A DNA stretch of 64,000 nucleotides from a virus (lineage: Duplodnaviria > Heunggongvirae > Uroviricota > Caudoviricetes), in the IMG/VR virus record IMGVR_UViG_3300028888_000043, positions 73,756-137,755 of that record; one strand, given 5' to 3'. Position 1 is the first letter of the stretch. Each line of letters opens with the position of its first letter. A program made the translations under genes and the position numbers. The notes below the pieces were generated by a model. It worked only from the letters and a program-made list of their open reading frames with translations, made no database searches and was not told the DNA's origin. Positions 16,651 through 26,607 of this stretch are shown here, piece by piece.

Positions 16651-17862
16651 ATGAAGAAAATTTTTAGTTTGATTATCGCATTTGTGATGATGATTACACT
16701 TGCAAATGCACAGACGGTTGAACATTCTCGTCTCTTTGAAAACACTTATGTTACAATCGTGGGTGGTGCTACCACTACTGGTCAGTTCAATGCTGTACCA
16801 TCACCTTTCTTCTGGGATGGTGCCAAGGGTGTTGCGAACGGCCTTCGTCCTTTCGCCGGACTTGAGTTTGGTAAGTATGTCACCCCTGTCGTAGGCTTCA
16901 GTGTTGAAGGTCTCGCATTCTATAATACTACTACATCACAGACTTTTATTGATGAGAGTGCAGTCCTTGCTAATGGTAAGCTTAATTTCTCCAACTGGTT
17001 TGGTGGATATAAGGGTCAGCCCCGCAGAGTTGAAGTTGTCGGTGTCCTCGGTATGGGTTGGGGACATGATTATGTGAACGGCGCTGCCCAGACCTGGACT
17101 TCCCGTCCTGCTGAAGGTCTTGAACCAGTGGTTGGTAATGATCCTTACAATACAAATGGTATTATTTTCACCGATAGAGATTATGTTGTTTACAATGCCG
17201 GTGCTGAATTGAATATCAATCTTGGTAAGGCCTGTGCCTGGCAGATTAATGTACGCCCAGGTGTCATGTGGTTTAACAAGCATACCAAGACCCAGTATCA
17301 GTCACTCCCTCGTTTTATGAGTGATGCCCGTGCTAATGTACAGCTTGGTGTTACCTATAAGTTCGGTTCCAAGAAGAAGGGTGGTGCCCATAACTTTGTA
17401 CTTTGCCCTTATTCTGTTACCCAGGCTGATTATGATAAGGTTGTTGCCGAGCATGATGCTCTTGCCAACCGTAAGCCCGAGGTCAAGGAAGTTGTGAAGA
17501 CTGTCACCGAGACAAAGGAGGTTGTCATCAAGGGTGACACCAGAGTCCTTGTCGGTTCCACTGTCATCACCTTCCCTATCGGAAGCTGTGTCCTCTCCAA
17601 GGTTGAGAGAGAGAAGGTTGGTATGTTTGCCGAGAGTCTTGACAATGATACCCTCATTCAGATTGTCGGTTCCGCTGACACCAAGACAGGTACAGAGACC
17701 AGGAACTATGCCCTTGCACAGAACCGTGCCAATGTGGTAAAGAATGTCCTTGTTTCAGAGTATGGTGTGAATGCTGACAGAATCACAGTCAATACAAAAT
17801 TGGATGCCACTGACAATGTGGAGACTTCCAGAAGTGCCATCCTCACTCTCAGTGTAGAGTAA
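16651..17862 (+). CDS. OmpA-family outer membrane protein (Bacteroidales Omp40/41-like)
   Basis: Signal peptide, beta-barrel-like region ending LGVTYKF, C-terminal OmpA-like domain (FPIGS, IVGSADTKTG, NYALAQNRANVV). Confidence 0.88.
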   Translation: MKKIFSLIIAFVMMITLANAQTVEHSRLFENTYVTIVGGATTTGQFNAVPSPFFWDGAKGVANGLRPFAGLEFGKYVTPVVGFSVEGLAFYNTTTSQTFIDESAVLANGKLNFSNWFGGYKGQPRRVEVVGVLGMGWGHDYVNGAAQTWTSRPAEGLEPVVGNDPYNTNGIIFTDRDYVVYNAGAELNINLGKACAWQINVRPGVMWFNKHTKTQYQSLPRFMSDARANVQLGVTYKFGSKKKGGAHNFVLCPYSVTQADYDKVVAEHDALANRKPEVKEVVKTVTETKEVVIKGDTRVLVGSTVITFPIGSCVLSKVEREKVGMFAESLDNDTLIQIVGSADTKTGTETRNYALAQNRANVVKNVLVSEYGVNADRITVNTKLDATDNVETSRSAILTLSVE

Positions 17863-17890
17863 TAATAAAATAACATAAACGTTACATTTC

Positions 17891-17923
17891 AGGAGTCCTC
17901 CCATAAGGGTGGACTTCTTTTTT
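17891..17923 (+). terminator. rho-independent terminator
   Basis: aggagtcctccc/gggtggacttct stem plus T-tract. Confidence 0.75.
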
Positions 17924-17933
17924 GTTATATTTA
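17921..17933 (+). promoter_or_regulatory. 13-mer TTTGTTATATTTA, putative phage middle promoter
   Basis: One of seven exact intergenic copies, 4 nt before ATG 17938. Confidence 0.65.
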
Positions 17934-17937
17934 ATAT

Positions 17938-18360
17938 ATGAAGAATATTGATTACCTTGAACTGTTCTTCAAGAAACACAATCTTTCTGGAAGAATAACA
18001 GTCAAATACACATCACCTGAAGCAGATGATGACTATATGTCTGACATTGTTTTTGAGAATGGTGACACCATCAACATAAAGGATGTCATCTTTGATATTG
18101 ACAGTGAGTTTCCTGATGATGTGGCAGAGATGTGGATGAAGGCAAAGAAGGAGAATGACATCAGCCTGGCGGAATGGATCCAGACAGACATCAAATACAT
18201 TCCAAAATTTATGGACACATCATCAGTCCAGGCATACCAACAGGAGATGACAGACCTTTTTGATGGTGTGAAACAAACCATACAGTCCATATTTGAATTG
18301 GAAATAGATGATGGTGACAGTGACAGTGATAGTGATGAAAACATTGAAAGCGGGGAGTAA
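17938..18360 (+). CDS. hypothetical acidic protein
   Basis: ORF between promoter motif and hairpin. Confidence 0.75.
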   Translation: MKNIDYLELFFKKHNLSGRITVKYTSPEADDDYMSDIVFENGDTINIKDVIFDIDSEFPDDVAEMWMKAKKENDISLAEWIQTDIKYIPKFMDTSSVQAYQQEMTDLFDGVKQTIQSIFELEIDDGDSDSDSDENIESGE

Positions 18361-18372
18361 ATCCCCGCTTTC
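18346..18372 (+). terminator. hairpin terminator
   Basis: Perfect 11-bp stem gaaagcgggga/tccccgctttc. Confidence 0.7.
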
Positions 18373-18407
18373 TTCATAAATACTATATAACCAAAACACA
18401 GTACAAT

Positions 18408-18806
18408 ATGAGAAAATTCTTCAATGTAATACTTGAAATCATACTATATATCTGGCAGTTACCACAGAACTTGGTTGGATTGTTTTTAAGATGGATTTAC
18501 TCACAGGCAAAGAAGGAAGTAATTGCAGGAATACCTGTCTATTTTTACAGATATTTCCCTGGTGGTATCTCCCTGGGTAAGACCATCATTGTATATAGGG
18601 AGGATGAAAATATGGTCAAGCATGAGCATGGACACCAAATCCAGTCAATGTACCTGGGTCCCCTTTATCTCATTGTGATAGGAATCCCTTCATTGATTTG
18701 GGCTGGAATCATATATGGAAATATTGTACCAAATACACACAATGGGTACTACAAATTCTATACAGAAAGATGGGCTGATAAACTTGGTGGTGTGGTTAGA
18801 TACTAA
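18408..18806 (+). CDS. membrane protein with HExGH zincin-like motif
   Basis: KHEHGHQIQS, LGPLYLIVIGIPS; CATAAATA at 18375. Confidence 0.65.
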   Translation: MRKFFNVILEIILYIWQLPQNLVGLFLRWIYSQAKKEVIAGIPVYFYRYFPGGISLGKTIIVYREDENMVKHEHGHQIQSMYLGPLYLIVIGIPSLIWAGIIYGNIVPNTHNGYYKFYTERWADKLGGVVRY

Positions 18807-18823
18807 AATAAGATGAATGAGAT

Positions 18824-19753
18824 ATGGCAAAATATGTAAAACACTTCAAGACAGAAAGTGAATTCAATACAGTGAGAAATAATAACTATATTGAACCTTG
18901 GTTGTCTGTTACAGATGGAAAAGGATTGGATTATAATAAGAGTGAATATGAAAAAATGCCTGAAGAATATTTGACATTTGACATCACTGGTGCTGGTAAT
19001 ATTAATTGGTGTAAAAAAGGTATGTCAAGACAAATAAGTTACAGTAAAAATGGAGGAGAATGGACAAGTATATCAGCAAATGCAGACACACTTATATCTG
19101 TGGTTGCTGGGGATAAAGTAAGATTTAAGGGTTCCAACAGCTGGTATTATGATAGAGATGAAATGGAATATAGTTATTTTGGAGGAGAAGGAACAACCTG
19201 TCAATTCAAATTGAAAGGTAACATAATGAGTCTTACATATGGAGATAATTTCATAGGTAAAACTGCATTACAAGAAACCTCACAATATTATGCCACATTT
19301 AAACGTCTTTTTTATAATTGCAGTGGGGTGGTGGATGCATCTTTATTGGTACTACCGGCAATGACATTGCGACAACAAGACTGTTATGAAGAAATGTTCA
19401 AAGATTGTGTGAATCTTGTATATTCACCTAAATTGTTACCTGCTATGGCCCTAAAAGGTGGTGATTATAAATCTATGTTTGAGGGGTGTATTAATTTAAT
19501 CACCACGCCTGAACTTCCTGCAACAAATGTGATGTATGGTAGTTATGATTCTATGTTTAAGGGGTGTTCCAAAGTGAATTATATAAAATGTCTTGCCACG
19601 AATTTAATCAATCAATCTGTAAATGGCGTTGACAATTGGGTGCAAGGTGTATCTCCAACTGGTACATTTGTGAAATCAGCAAATATGGATTCCTGGCCGA
19701 CAGGTGCATCTGGTATCCCATCAGGATGGACTGTCCAAACCGCCACAGAATAA
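18824..19753 (+). CDS. BspA-like LRR protein, paralog of 5427..6998 with fewer repeats
   Basis: Shared YIEPW motif, LTFDI..GNINW, CYEEMFKDC..L, GIPSGWTV. Confidence 0.8.
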   Translation: MAKYVKHFKTESEFNTVRNNNYIEPWLSVTDGKGLDYNKSEYEKMPEEYLTFDITGAGNINWCKKGMSRQISYSKNGGEWTSISANADTLISVVAGDKVRFKGSNSWYYDRDEMEYSYFGGEGTTCQFKLKGNIMSLTYGDNFIGKTALQETSQYYATFKRLFYNCSGVVDASLLVLPAMTLRQQDCYEEMFKDCVNLVYSPKLLPAMALKGGDYKSMFEGCINLITTPELPATNVMYGSYDSMFKGCSKVNYIKCLATNLINQSVNGVDNWVQGVSPTGTFVKSANMDSWPTGASGIPSGWTVQTATE

Positions 19754-19758
19754 AAACA

Positions 19759-19788
19759 AAGAAGAGGTTGATTACTCAACCTCTTCTT
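19759..19788. terminator. bidirectional terminator between convergent genes
   Basis: aagaagaggttg/caacctcttctt perfect stem. Confidence 0.75.
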
Positions 19789-20294
19789 CTTTTAAACACA
19801 ACCACAATATGCACTTCTCCGAACAAGCTCTTGTTTGAATCCATTCCACATAGTTCCCATCCTTCATCACCAATTAGGTTCAACTGCTTCTCCAAATCCT
19901 TCAAATCATTGGCCTTTATCTTGTCAACCTTGTACTCAAATGTACCTGGTCCAGTAAAGACCTCTAATTGCTCCGTATTCGCATTTATCTTGTTGACCTT
20001 GGTAGTTCTTGGTTTTCTTACTTTGGTCTCTTTCTGAGGAGTTTCTGCCACTGCTACGGGTGTTTCTTTCTTCACTTCTCTTCCAGGAATTGGTTTTGGT
20101 CTCTTACCACCGAGAGGAATCACCTTGTCACATTCCACATAACTGATTTCATCCTCTGCATACTCACCTTCCAGCTTGTTCTTACCATAGTTTACCTTGT
20201 AAAAGTAAACACCACCTCTCACCACATAATCTTCATCATCAAATGTGAAGTGGCGGAGATCCTTGTCTCCTTTTGCAATACCCTTGATAACCAT
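19776..20294 (-). CDS. hypothetical protein with C-terminal DUF4177-like domain
   Basis: FEYKVDKI...LEKQLNLIGDEGWEL. Confidence 0.6.
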   Translation of the reverse strand: MVIKGIAKGDKDLRHFTFDDEDYVVRGGVYFYKVNYGKNKLEGEYAEDEISYVECDKVIPLGGKRPKPIPGREVKKETPVAVAETPQKETKVRKPRTTKVNKINANTEQLEVFTGPGTFEYKVDKIKANDLKDLEKQLNLIGDEGWELCGMDSNKSLFGEVHIVVVFKRRRG

Positions 20295-20295
20295 A

Positions 20296-20934
20296 TTACA
20301 TGAACAGTCCTAATTGTCTCAAGGCATCATAGATACTGGTTGAACCAAAAATCTTCCTGACATCAGCAGCGGTGATGGTCTTGTGCTCTTCATCTTCTAC
20401 CGGCGTCTCTTCCTCTTTCTTTTCTTCTTCCTTCTGTGAAAGAAGGTTAAGGATATTGTTGTAGTATTCCTGCTTTGCTTCAAGTTTCTTGACGCCATCC
20501 TCCTTCTTATACAGTGTGTCCTGAAGGTTCTCAATCTTTGCCTCGATAACCTTCATCTTTTCCTCCTCACACTTAATCTGTTCCTTATACAGATTGATTA
20601 ATCTGTTTGCATTGTCCTTGATGTCACCATCATTGGATGCTTCAAGGATTTTCTTTGTCAATTCATCAGAAATAGAATAGACATAATCCTTGTCTTTCAA
20701 TTCCGGTTCCTGGGACACAATCATATACTCACTGGATGGAAGATACTTTGTATCCTCTTTCTCATCTACTTCTTCCTCCTTGTCACTATCTTCCGTATAG
20801 GAATAATATGAAGAAATGGAGAGATTTTCTTCATTTGCCTGGATGGCCTTCTTGGCGGCCTCATTGAAATCCTTCTCATTATCAAAGGACTTTCCATTTA
20901 CTAAACCTACAAACTTTTTCATAACAAAATTCAT
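20296..20934 (-). CDS. coiled-coil hypothetical protein
   Basis: E/K-rich heptads; 13-mer at 20944-20956. Confidence 0.75.
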   Translation of the reverse strand: MNFVMKKFVGLVNGKSFDNEKDFNEAAKKAIQANEENLSISSYYSYTEDSDKEEEVDEKEDTKYLPSSEYMIVSQEPELKDKDYVYSISDELTKKILEASNDGDIKDNANRLINLYKEQIKCEEEKMKVIEAKIENLQDTLYKKEDGVKKLEAKQEYYNNILNLLSQKEEEKKEEETPVEDEEHKTITAADVRKIFGSTSIYDALRQLGLFM

Positions 20935-20986
20935 TTATATAATTAAATATAACAAAAAGTCATCACTTTGTTGTGATGACTCTCCT

Positions 20987-21319
20987 TTAAGCCTTTTCAG
21001 TCTTGTGAACAACTTTCTTTCTCGGTGTCGTACCTTCTGTCTTCTTCACAGTATTCCTGGGTTTCTTGGCAACTTTCTTCTCTTCTTTGAGAGGTGCTTC
21101 CACCACATCAGTCAGAAGGATTGTCTCCGGCTTTGCATAAGGTGTGGAACTGTCAGAAACCTTCTTCAACAAATCCTTCACTGTATTTTCAAGATCCTGA
21201 ATTCTTGAATTGAGGGTTTTAATTTCACATTCTTTTGCAGAAAGGAGTTCCTGTGCCTTTTCAAGTTGATACTCTAAAACTGAATAATCTTCTTTCTTAA
21301 CAACTTTTAATCCAAACAT
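20987..21319 (-). CDS. coiled-coil, Lys-rich hypothetical protein
   Basis: 13-mer at 21345-21357; hairpin 20958-20981 downstream. Confidence 0.7.
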   Translation of the reverse strand: MFGLKVVKKEDYSVLEYQLEKAQELLSAKECEIKTLNSRIQDLENTVKDLLKKVSDSSTPYAKPETILLTDVVEAPLKEEKKVAKKPRNTVKKTEGTTPRKKVVHKTEKA

Positions 21320-21362
21320 ACAATATAAGTTTTACATTATATACTAAATATAACAAAAAAAT

Positions 21363-22271
21363 CTATTTTATCCTCTTCCAGATAAATCCTCCATTGACCG
21401 GGACTCTTATCACCCTACCGGAAGAAATATCATTCCTCAAATTGGAAATCACCCTTGCTTTTTTAGTGACAGGAGTTTTGTGCTGTTCAGGAATATACAC
21501 TTCATTTATTATAACAGATTTTATATTCTTTACATATTCATCTCCATTTACAGATTCATTGAAGGTTGGTTCTATTTCCTGATATGTGTTGGTCTCCATT
21601 TTTATGACAGCATCCGAGGGTTTTGAAATCACCATATCCTTTATGAGTTTCTTGTACTTTTTTCTCAATTCACTCTTGTATCCTGTATCCTTTGCCCTGG
21701 TAAGTGAAGTATTGTGAACCCTCCTCAACATCAAAATGTCCTTTATATTCTTCACACTTTCTATTGTCTTCAATCTACAATAGAGTTCCGTATCCGCTCC
21801 ACACGGCCAGGGTCTGAACCCTCCATACTTTACAAAAGTTGATTTATTGATATAGATGGTACCATGTGCGACAGCAATCTCATTCTTTGAATCCCCGAAA
21901 TCTTTCAGACAGTATCTGACCATCTTACAGTTTTCCTTCTTGTTCATAACAGTCTCAACAAGATTGGCACACATAATATCATCAGAATCAAATCTGAACA
22001 GATTCTCATATTTGGCTTGAGACATTATGGTATTTGATGTAATATATGTACCCTTATTGGAATCCATCATCCACACTTTAAGATTCTTGTAGTTATGCAT
22101 AATTGTCTTCAAATACTCCAATGTCTGTTCACACCCATCAACACCGACAATGATTTCAAAATTATCATTGTCCTTGAACCAGGTTTGACCTACAACGGAA
22201 TCAAGGCACTCCTTTATATATTCCTGTGCCTTATATGCAGTTATACAAACACTTACTCCTTCTTTACTCAT
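21363..22271 (-). CDS. glycosyltransferase family 2
   Basis: VSVCITAY, EIIVGVDG, NKGTYITSN, RFDSDD, GGFRPWPCGADTE. Confidence 0.9.
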   Translation of the reverse strand: MSKEGVSVCITAYKAQEYIKECLDSVVGQTWFKDNDNFEIIVGVDGCEQTLEYLKTIMHNYKNLKVWMMDSNKGTYITSNTIMSQAKYENLFRFDSDDIMCANLVETVMNKKENCKMVRYCLKDFGDSKNEIAVAHGTIYINKSTFVKYGGFRPWPCGADTELYCRLKTIESVKNIKDILMLRRVHNTSLTRAKDTGYKSELRKKYKKLIKDMVISKPSDAVIKMETNTYQEIEPTFNESVNGDEYVKNIKSVIINEVYIPEQHKTPVTKKARVISNLRNDISSGRVIRVPVNGGFIWKRIK

Positions 22272-22281
22272 ATCCCTTTAT

Positions 22282-22992
22282 TTATTGAAGATTCAAATAT
22301 TCATACCAACTCAATTCCCTGCAATAACATTCTATAAGAACATCTGTAAATATGACATCCTTGTATGTGTGAGAGAATGACCTGAACTCATTTTTATGGT
22401 ACACAAATGGTCCGTCAGGATTCTCTTTATAGTATCCAGTCCTGTTATCAAAATACCAGACTTCCTTGAAATAATGTGCCAATGGAGCAATGGATGGTAT
22501 CATCTGACTGTCTCCGCTTATCATCAATGTCCTCAATGACCTGGAAGTGTTGTTTATAATCCTTGAACACTTATGGGGATACCTGTACAATTCCCTGTAT
22601 AATGGTTTATTGAAAAAATTAGGATTGATAAGGACACTATAATCACCACGAAACCTTTCTTTATCAGTGTAACTGATTATAGTATAATCATCCTGTTTCT
22701 TTGGTTTTATATATGACAAATCATATATTCCATTGTTCACATTAACCAGATTGAAATCCTTCATTGAAAACCTGAAACCAAGTAATTTTCCAATTCTTGG
22801 AAGAACATACTTATATGTATATGCAGTTGTATAATGATGACCATTGTCCCTTGGCATGCCGGTATAAAGAACATCCTCTCCTTCTATGATAGGCATCTTC
22901 ATAACATCCCTTGAACTGTAATCATTATAACTCTGATTCATTTCAGGGAACTGTATGTACTTTGCTTTCTTTACAATCTCATCAATTGTCAT
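22282..22992 (-). CDS. putative AlgX/AlgJ (DHHW)-like SGNH O-acetyltransferase
   Basis: DNGHHYTTAYTY resembles DHHWT..GAY; LMISGDSQ...LAHYFKEVWYFDNR resembles the family C-terminal motif. Confidence 0.45.
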   Translation of the reverse strand: MTIDEIVKKAKYIQFPEMNQSYNDYSSRDVMKMPIIEGEDVLYTGMPRDNGHHYTTAYTYKYVLPRIGKLLGFRFSMKDFNLVNVNNGIYDLSYIKPKKQDDYTIISYTDKERFRGDYSVLINPNFFNKPLYRELYRYPHKCSRIINNTSRSLRTLMISGDSQMIPSIAPLAHYFKEVWYFDNRTGYYKENPDGPFVYHKNEFRSFSHTYKDVIFTDVLIECYCRELSWYEYLNLQ

Positions 22993-24203
22993 AATTCTTT
23001 CAAACTTAATGTTATACCCTCAATGTTTTCAAACTCCTTGTGTTTCACGACGAGAAGGATACCATCAAATTCTTCTTCAGGAATCTCATTCACAATGTCA
23101 ATTCCATATTCCCTTCTCACTGCATCCCTGTCTGCCAGCGGATCACAAATGACAATATTGTCAGTGTATTCCTTCAACTCATTGTAAATGTGGATGACCT
23201 TGGTGTTCCTGGTGTCAGGACAGTTTTCCTTGAAGGTGAAACCAAGAATCAAAATCTTTCCATTTTTAACTTTCCTGTCAGAAAGTATCATTTTCTTGAT
23301 AAACCTGTTCGCCACATACTTTCCCATTCCTTCGTTGACTTCCCTTGCCTTGGTGATAAATTCAGGATTGTAACCACATTTCTTTGACTTCTCAATCAGA
23401 TAATATGGATCCACCCCGATACAATGACCACCTACCAGACCAGGATGGAGTTTGTTGAAATTCCATTTGGTACTGGCAGCCTCAATCACATCATTGGTAG
23501 AGATTCCCAATACCTCAAATATCTTTGCCAGTTCATTGAAGAAGGCAATGTTGCAGTCTCTCTGGGTGTTCTCAATAATCTTGGACGCTTCTGCCACCTT
23601 GATACTGGATGCTTTGTATGTACCATTCACCAAAACACCATTATAGACATCATCCACAATCTGGGCAATGATTTCATTACAACCAGATGTCACCTTTTTG
23701 ATTTTCTCAACAGTGTGTTCCTTATCACCAGGATTGATTCTTTCAGGAGAATAACCGACAAAGAAATCCTTGTTGAACACCATACCTGACACCTTCTCCA
23801 GTTCCGGTACACACACCTCCTCGGTACATCCTGGATAAGTGGTGGACTCATATACAACAATGTCCTTCGGTTTCAGAATACTTCCAATCATTTGACTTGA
23901 CTTGATAAGCGGAGTGAGGTCTGGTTTATATGAGTCATCAACAGGTGTAGGAACTGCGACCACAAAGAAATTGCAGTCCTTTATGTCCTCCAGTTTATTG
24001 GTACATACAAAACCATTGTCAATGGCAGACTTCAACAATTCATCTGACACCTCATTGGTGGAATCATGTCCACCCATCAATTCATCAACTCTACTTGCTT
24101 TCAGGTCAAACCCGATAGTTGGATATTTAGTGGAAAACAAACGGGCAAGTGGCAATCCAACATATCCAAGACCAATGACCGCAATTCTTATATCTATCTT
24201 CAT
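22989..24203 (-). CDS. UDP-N-acetylhexosamine 6-dehydrogenase (WbpO/TviB/CapL type nucleotide-sugar dehydrogenase)
   Basis: GLGYVGLP, YESTTYPG, SPERINPG, AEASKIIEN, GGHCIGVDPY, FKENCPDTRN. Confidence 0.93.
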   Translation of the reverse strand: MKIDIRIAVIGLGYVGLPLARLFSTKYPTIGFDLKASRVDELMGGHDSTNEVSDELLKSAIDNGFVCTNKLEDIKDCNFFVVAVPTPVDDSYKPDLTPLIKSSQMIGSILKPKDIVVYESTTYPGCTEEVCVPELEKVSGMVFNKDFFVGYSPERINPGDKEHTVEKIKKVTSGCNEIIAQIVDDVYNGVLVNGTYKASSIKVAEASKIIENTQRDCNIAFFNELAKIFEVLGISTNDVIEAASTKWNFNKLHPGLVGGHCIGVDPYYLIEKSKKCGYNPEFITKAREVNEGMGKYVANRFIKKMILSDRKVKNGKILILGFTFKENCPDTRNTKVIHIYNELKEYTDNIVICDPLADRDAVRREYGIDIVNEIPEEEFDGILLVVKHKEFENIEGITLSLKEL

Positions 24204-24216
24204 AGTGATTATATTA

Positions 24217-24939
24217 TTATCTCCAAAGTCCGAAAGACTTCTCTATATTCATACAAATAGGTTGATAAAATGATTTCTGGGCAATGATGTCATATACCCT
24301 TCCACTCCTGAAATTCTTTGATGTAGCAGACAGTGTGAACCCAGGTTTCATATCATACTCTTTCAACAACTGTTGTACAGTCCATCTGGTACAAGGTTTG
24401 TTAAGATAGCCATTCAACCAAAGGAGATGAAGATATGTCCTGTCATCATTGTTGGTTTCAAGTATATCCTTTGACACGAACCTTTCCCAATGTTTGAGCA
24501 TTTTCTTCTGGAACAAGGACATAGCAGACACCACCTTCATCTTCCCATTGAACCCTACACTGGTATGAGGATTAGATGAAATACTGTAATTGGATCCATT
24601 CTCCTTGAAGTCTTCCAACCTACTCTCAATGAGTGTCCTCGGAAATAGGATGTCATCATCTGCATCAATGATAATGTCATCATCCTGAAGATATTTCAAG
24701 ATGGGAAATACCTTCTTCATAGATTTTGTGTTCGGACCTGAAACCCAATTGATGATAAGTCTCTTATCAGAATTGAAATAATCAACCAAATCCTTGGGAA
24801 GTTTGACACCCTGGAATTCAGTTTTGCTCAAATTCAGATAAACCTTATCAGGTACTATCGTATTCTTCATTATACTTTCTACAACCGGCCTGACATTATC
24901 TATCCTCATTGTCCAGGATGTAAGCGTGACAACAATCAT
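24217..24939 (-). CDS. glycosyltransferase-like protein (GT-A)
   Basis: IVVTLTSW..RI, PDKVYLNL, KKVFP, IIIDADDDILF; CATAAATA at 24973-24980. Confidence 0.75.
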   Translation of the reverse strand: MIVVTLTSWTMRIDNVRPVVESIMKNTIVPDKVYLNLSKTEFQGVKLPKDLVDYFNSDKRLIINWVSGPNTKSMKKVFPILKYLQDDDIIIDADDDILFPRTLIESRLEDFKENGSNYSISSNPHTSVGFNGKMKVVSAMSLFQKKMLKHWERFVSKDILETNNDDRTYLHLLWLNGYLNKPCTRWTVQQLLKEYDMKPGFTLSATSKNFRSGRVYDIIAQKSFYQPICMNIEKSFGLWR

Positions 24940-24989
24940 TTATCTTATAACAAATAAGTTAAACCTACAATTTATTTATGTTAAATACA

Positions 24990-25025
24990 AAAAAGCTGAA
25001 TAGAACTCACTCTATCCAGCTTTTT
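24990..25025 (-). terminator. rho-independent terminator
   Basis: aaaaagctg.atag / ctat.cagcttttt interrupted stem. Confidence 0.6.
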
Positions 25026-25042
25026 CTAAAACATATAGTATT

Positions 25043-25408
25043 TTACTTTGTCAATTCAAGTGTGTGATCATTGACATTGAAATCTACTGAACTTCCAACA
25101 ACCTTCCATCCCAAATCTTCTGGAGGAAGTTGTGCCTTGTCTTCTGCACTCTGTACTCTTGAAAGAATTCTGTTGAACTTTGTTGGGCTCTCAAGTTGCC
25201 AAATCTGACCTTCGACAGTAATCATTAAACCAGTCTTAAGACCAACAATCCTGCCATACTTGTTAGCACCCCATCTATCCAGTGAGAACAAATCAACTTT
25301 ATTCTCAAACAATCTTTCAGGGTCATATTCAAGGTCTGTCAATCTTCTTACAATCTCACTATGATATGTCTGAAGACCTTCATAATCTAAAAACTTGTTA
25401 GTACTCAT
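25043..25408 (-). CDS. small virion/fibre-associated protein
   Basis: KFLDYEGLQTY N-terminus recalls phage fibre proteins; last gene of fibre operon. Confidence 0.6.
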   Translation of the reverse strand: MSTNKFLDYEGLQTYHSEIVRRLTDLEYDPERLFENKVDLFSLDRWGANKYGRIVGLKTGLMITVEGQIWQLESPTKFNRILSRVQSAEDKAQLPPEDLGWKVVGSSVDFNVNDHTLELTK

Positions 25409-25432
25409 TTATGTGTTTCTTTTTATTTTTTC

Positions 25433-26581
25433 TTAAAATATACCAAGAATCTCTTCATTGGAAATTCTTTCAACAGAAGCGTTTTCAATCATATTTACGA
25501 TTTCAACTTTGTCACCTTCTGTCAAAACCCTGACAGGATTATTGTCTGAATATGCATATACAGTAGGAAGGGCTGTTGATGAGTAGATGTCAACATCATC
25601 ATAAGTTGAACCATCCTGACCAAATACATACTCTGTAGGATCATCCTCTCTTGTTTCAGTCATACCATTGAAATCAAAACCATTTGCTCCGAATGAAACT
25701 GGTGTCTCCTTTGGAAGTACAAGAGGACTTGACTCCATTGTATGTACATTACCTTCACTATCAAGATAAGTAACGTCTGACATAGAGATTCCAAGAGAAT
25801 CATCCACAATGTTTATCTCAATCCAGTTGTCATCATTTGCGGAGTTGAGTCTGATATAGGAATCACCACCATCTGACAATGTGATATAATCAACATCGCC
25901 AAGGTTTCCGGAACCATTTTCATCAGAACTGTTCAAACCTCTGCTGGTATAATACTGGTTGGGTTCAAAACCATTGTCCATATATGTCTCTTCTACAAGA
26001 GCATCCGGGTCATTACCTACAATTGTGAAACCATTTCCGGATGTAGGTACCGTACCATCAGTAGTGATGACACTTGACAAATCTGCTGCACCTGAATTAC
26101 CACTACCTGTATAGACTCTCATCCAGGAATGTCCATTGTAAATGTACAGACCAGACTCATCCTCTGATGTGTAAGGGTCATCCTTTACGAATGCCATCAT
26201 ACCTGAATAAGGATCCTCAATTGATGAAAGTTCATCAGCTGAACTGATTACCTTTGTACCAAGCTTTTCCTCATAGTAAGCAAGATAATCTTCAGGGTCT
26301 ATATCACCACCACCAATTTTCTTCCACTGAATGTTATTTGCCCATGCTGTTGCGCTGTCTCTTTTACCTGGCAATACAGAAAGAACATATACATCCTGGG
26401 TGTCAGCGGTGATGACCATCAAACCGACATACAGTTCAGCATATGAAAAAACATCTTTATTCAAAAGGTCATTATAAGTATCAACGACAGTTCTTACATC
26501 AAAAGGCGCACCTACTGATATAATTCTGGCATTTGATATACTTTCAGTACCTGTTGCTTTGTTTATATAAGTTTTTGCCAT
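25433..26581 (-). CDS. putative fibre/structural protein
   Basis: N-terminal ~90 aa highly similar to 26608..28248 (APFDVRTVVDTY..LL.KD.F.Y..LYVG). Confidence 0.75.
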   Translation of the reverse strand: MAKTYINKATGTESISNARIISVGAPFDVRTVVDTYNDLLNKDVFSYAELYVGLMVITADTQDVYVLSVLPGKRDSATAWANNIQWKKIGGGDIDPEDYLAYYEEKLGTKVISSADELSSIEDPYSGMMAFVKDDPYTSEDESGLYIYNGHSWMRVYTGSGNSGAADLSSVITTDGTVPTSGNGFTIVGNDPDALVEETYMDNGFEPNQYYTSRGLNSSDENGSGNLGDVDYITLSDGGDSYIRLNSANDDNWIEINIVDDSLGISMSDVTYLDSEGNVHTMESSPLVLPKETPVSFGANGFDFNGMTETREDDPTEYVFGQDGSTYDDVDIYSSTALPTVYAYSDNNPVRVLTEGDKVEIVNMIENASVERISNEEILGIF

Positions 26582-26607
26582 ATCTGTTTTCTATTGTTTT
26601 ATTTTTA

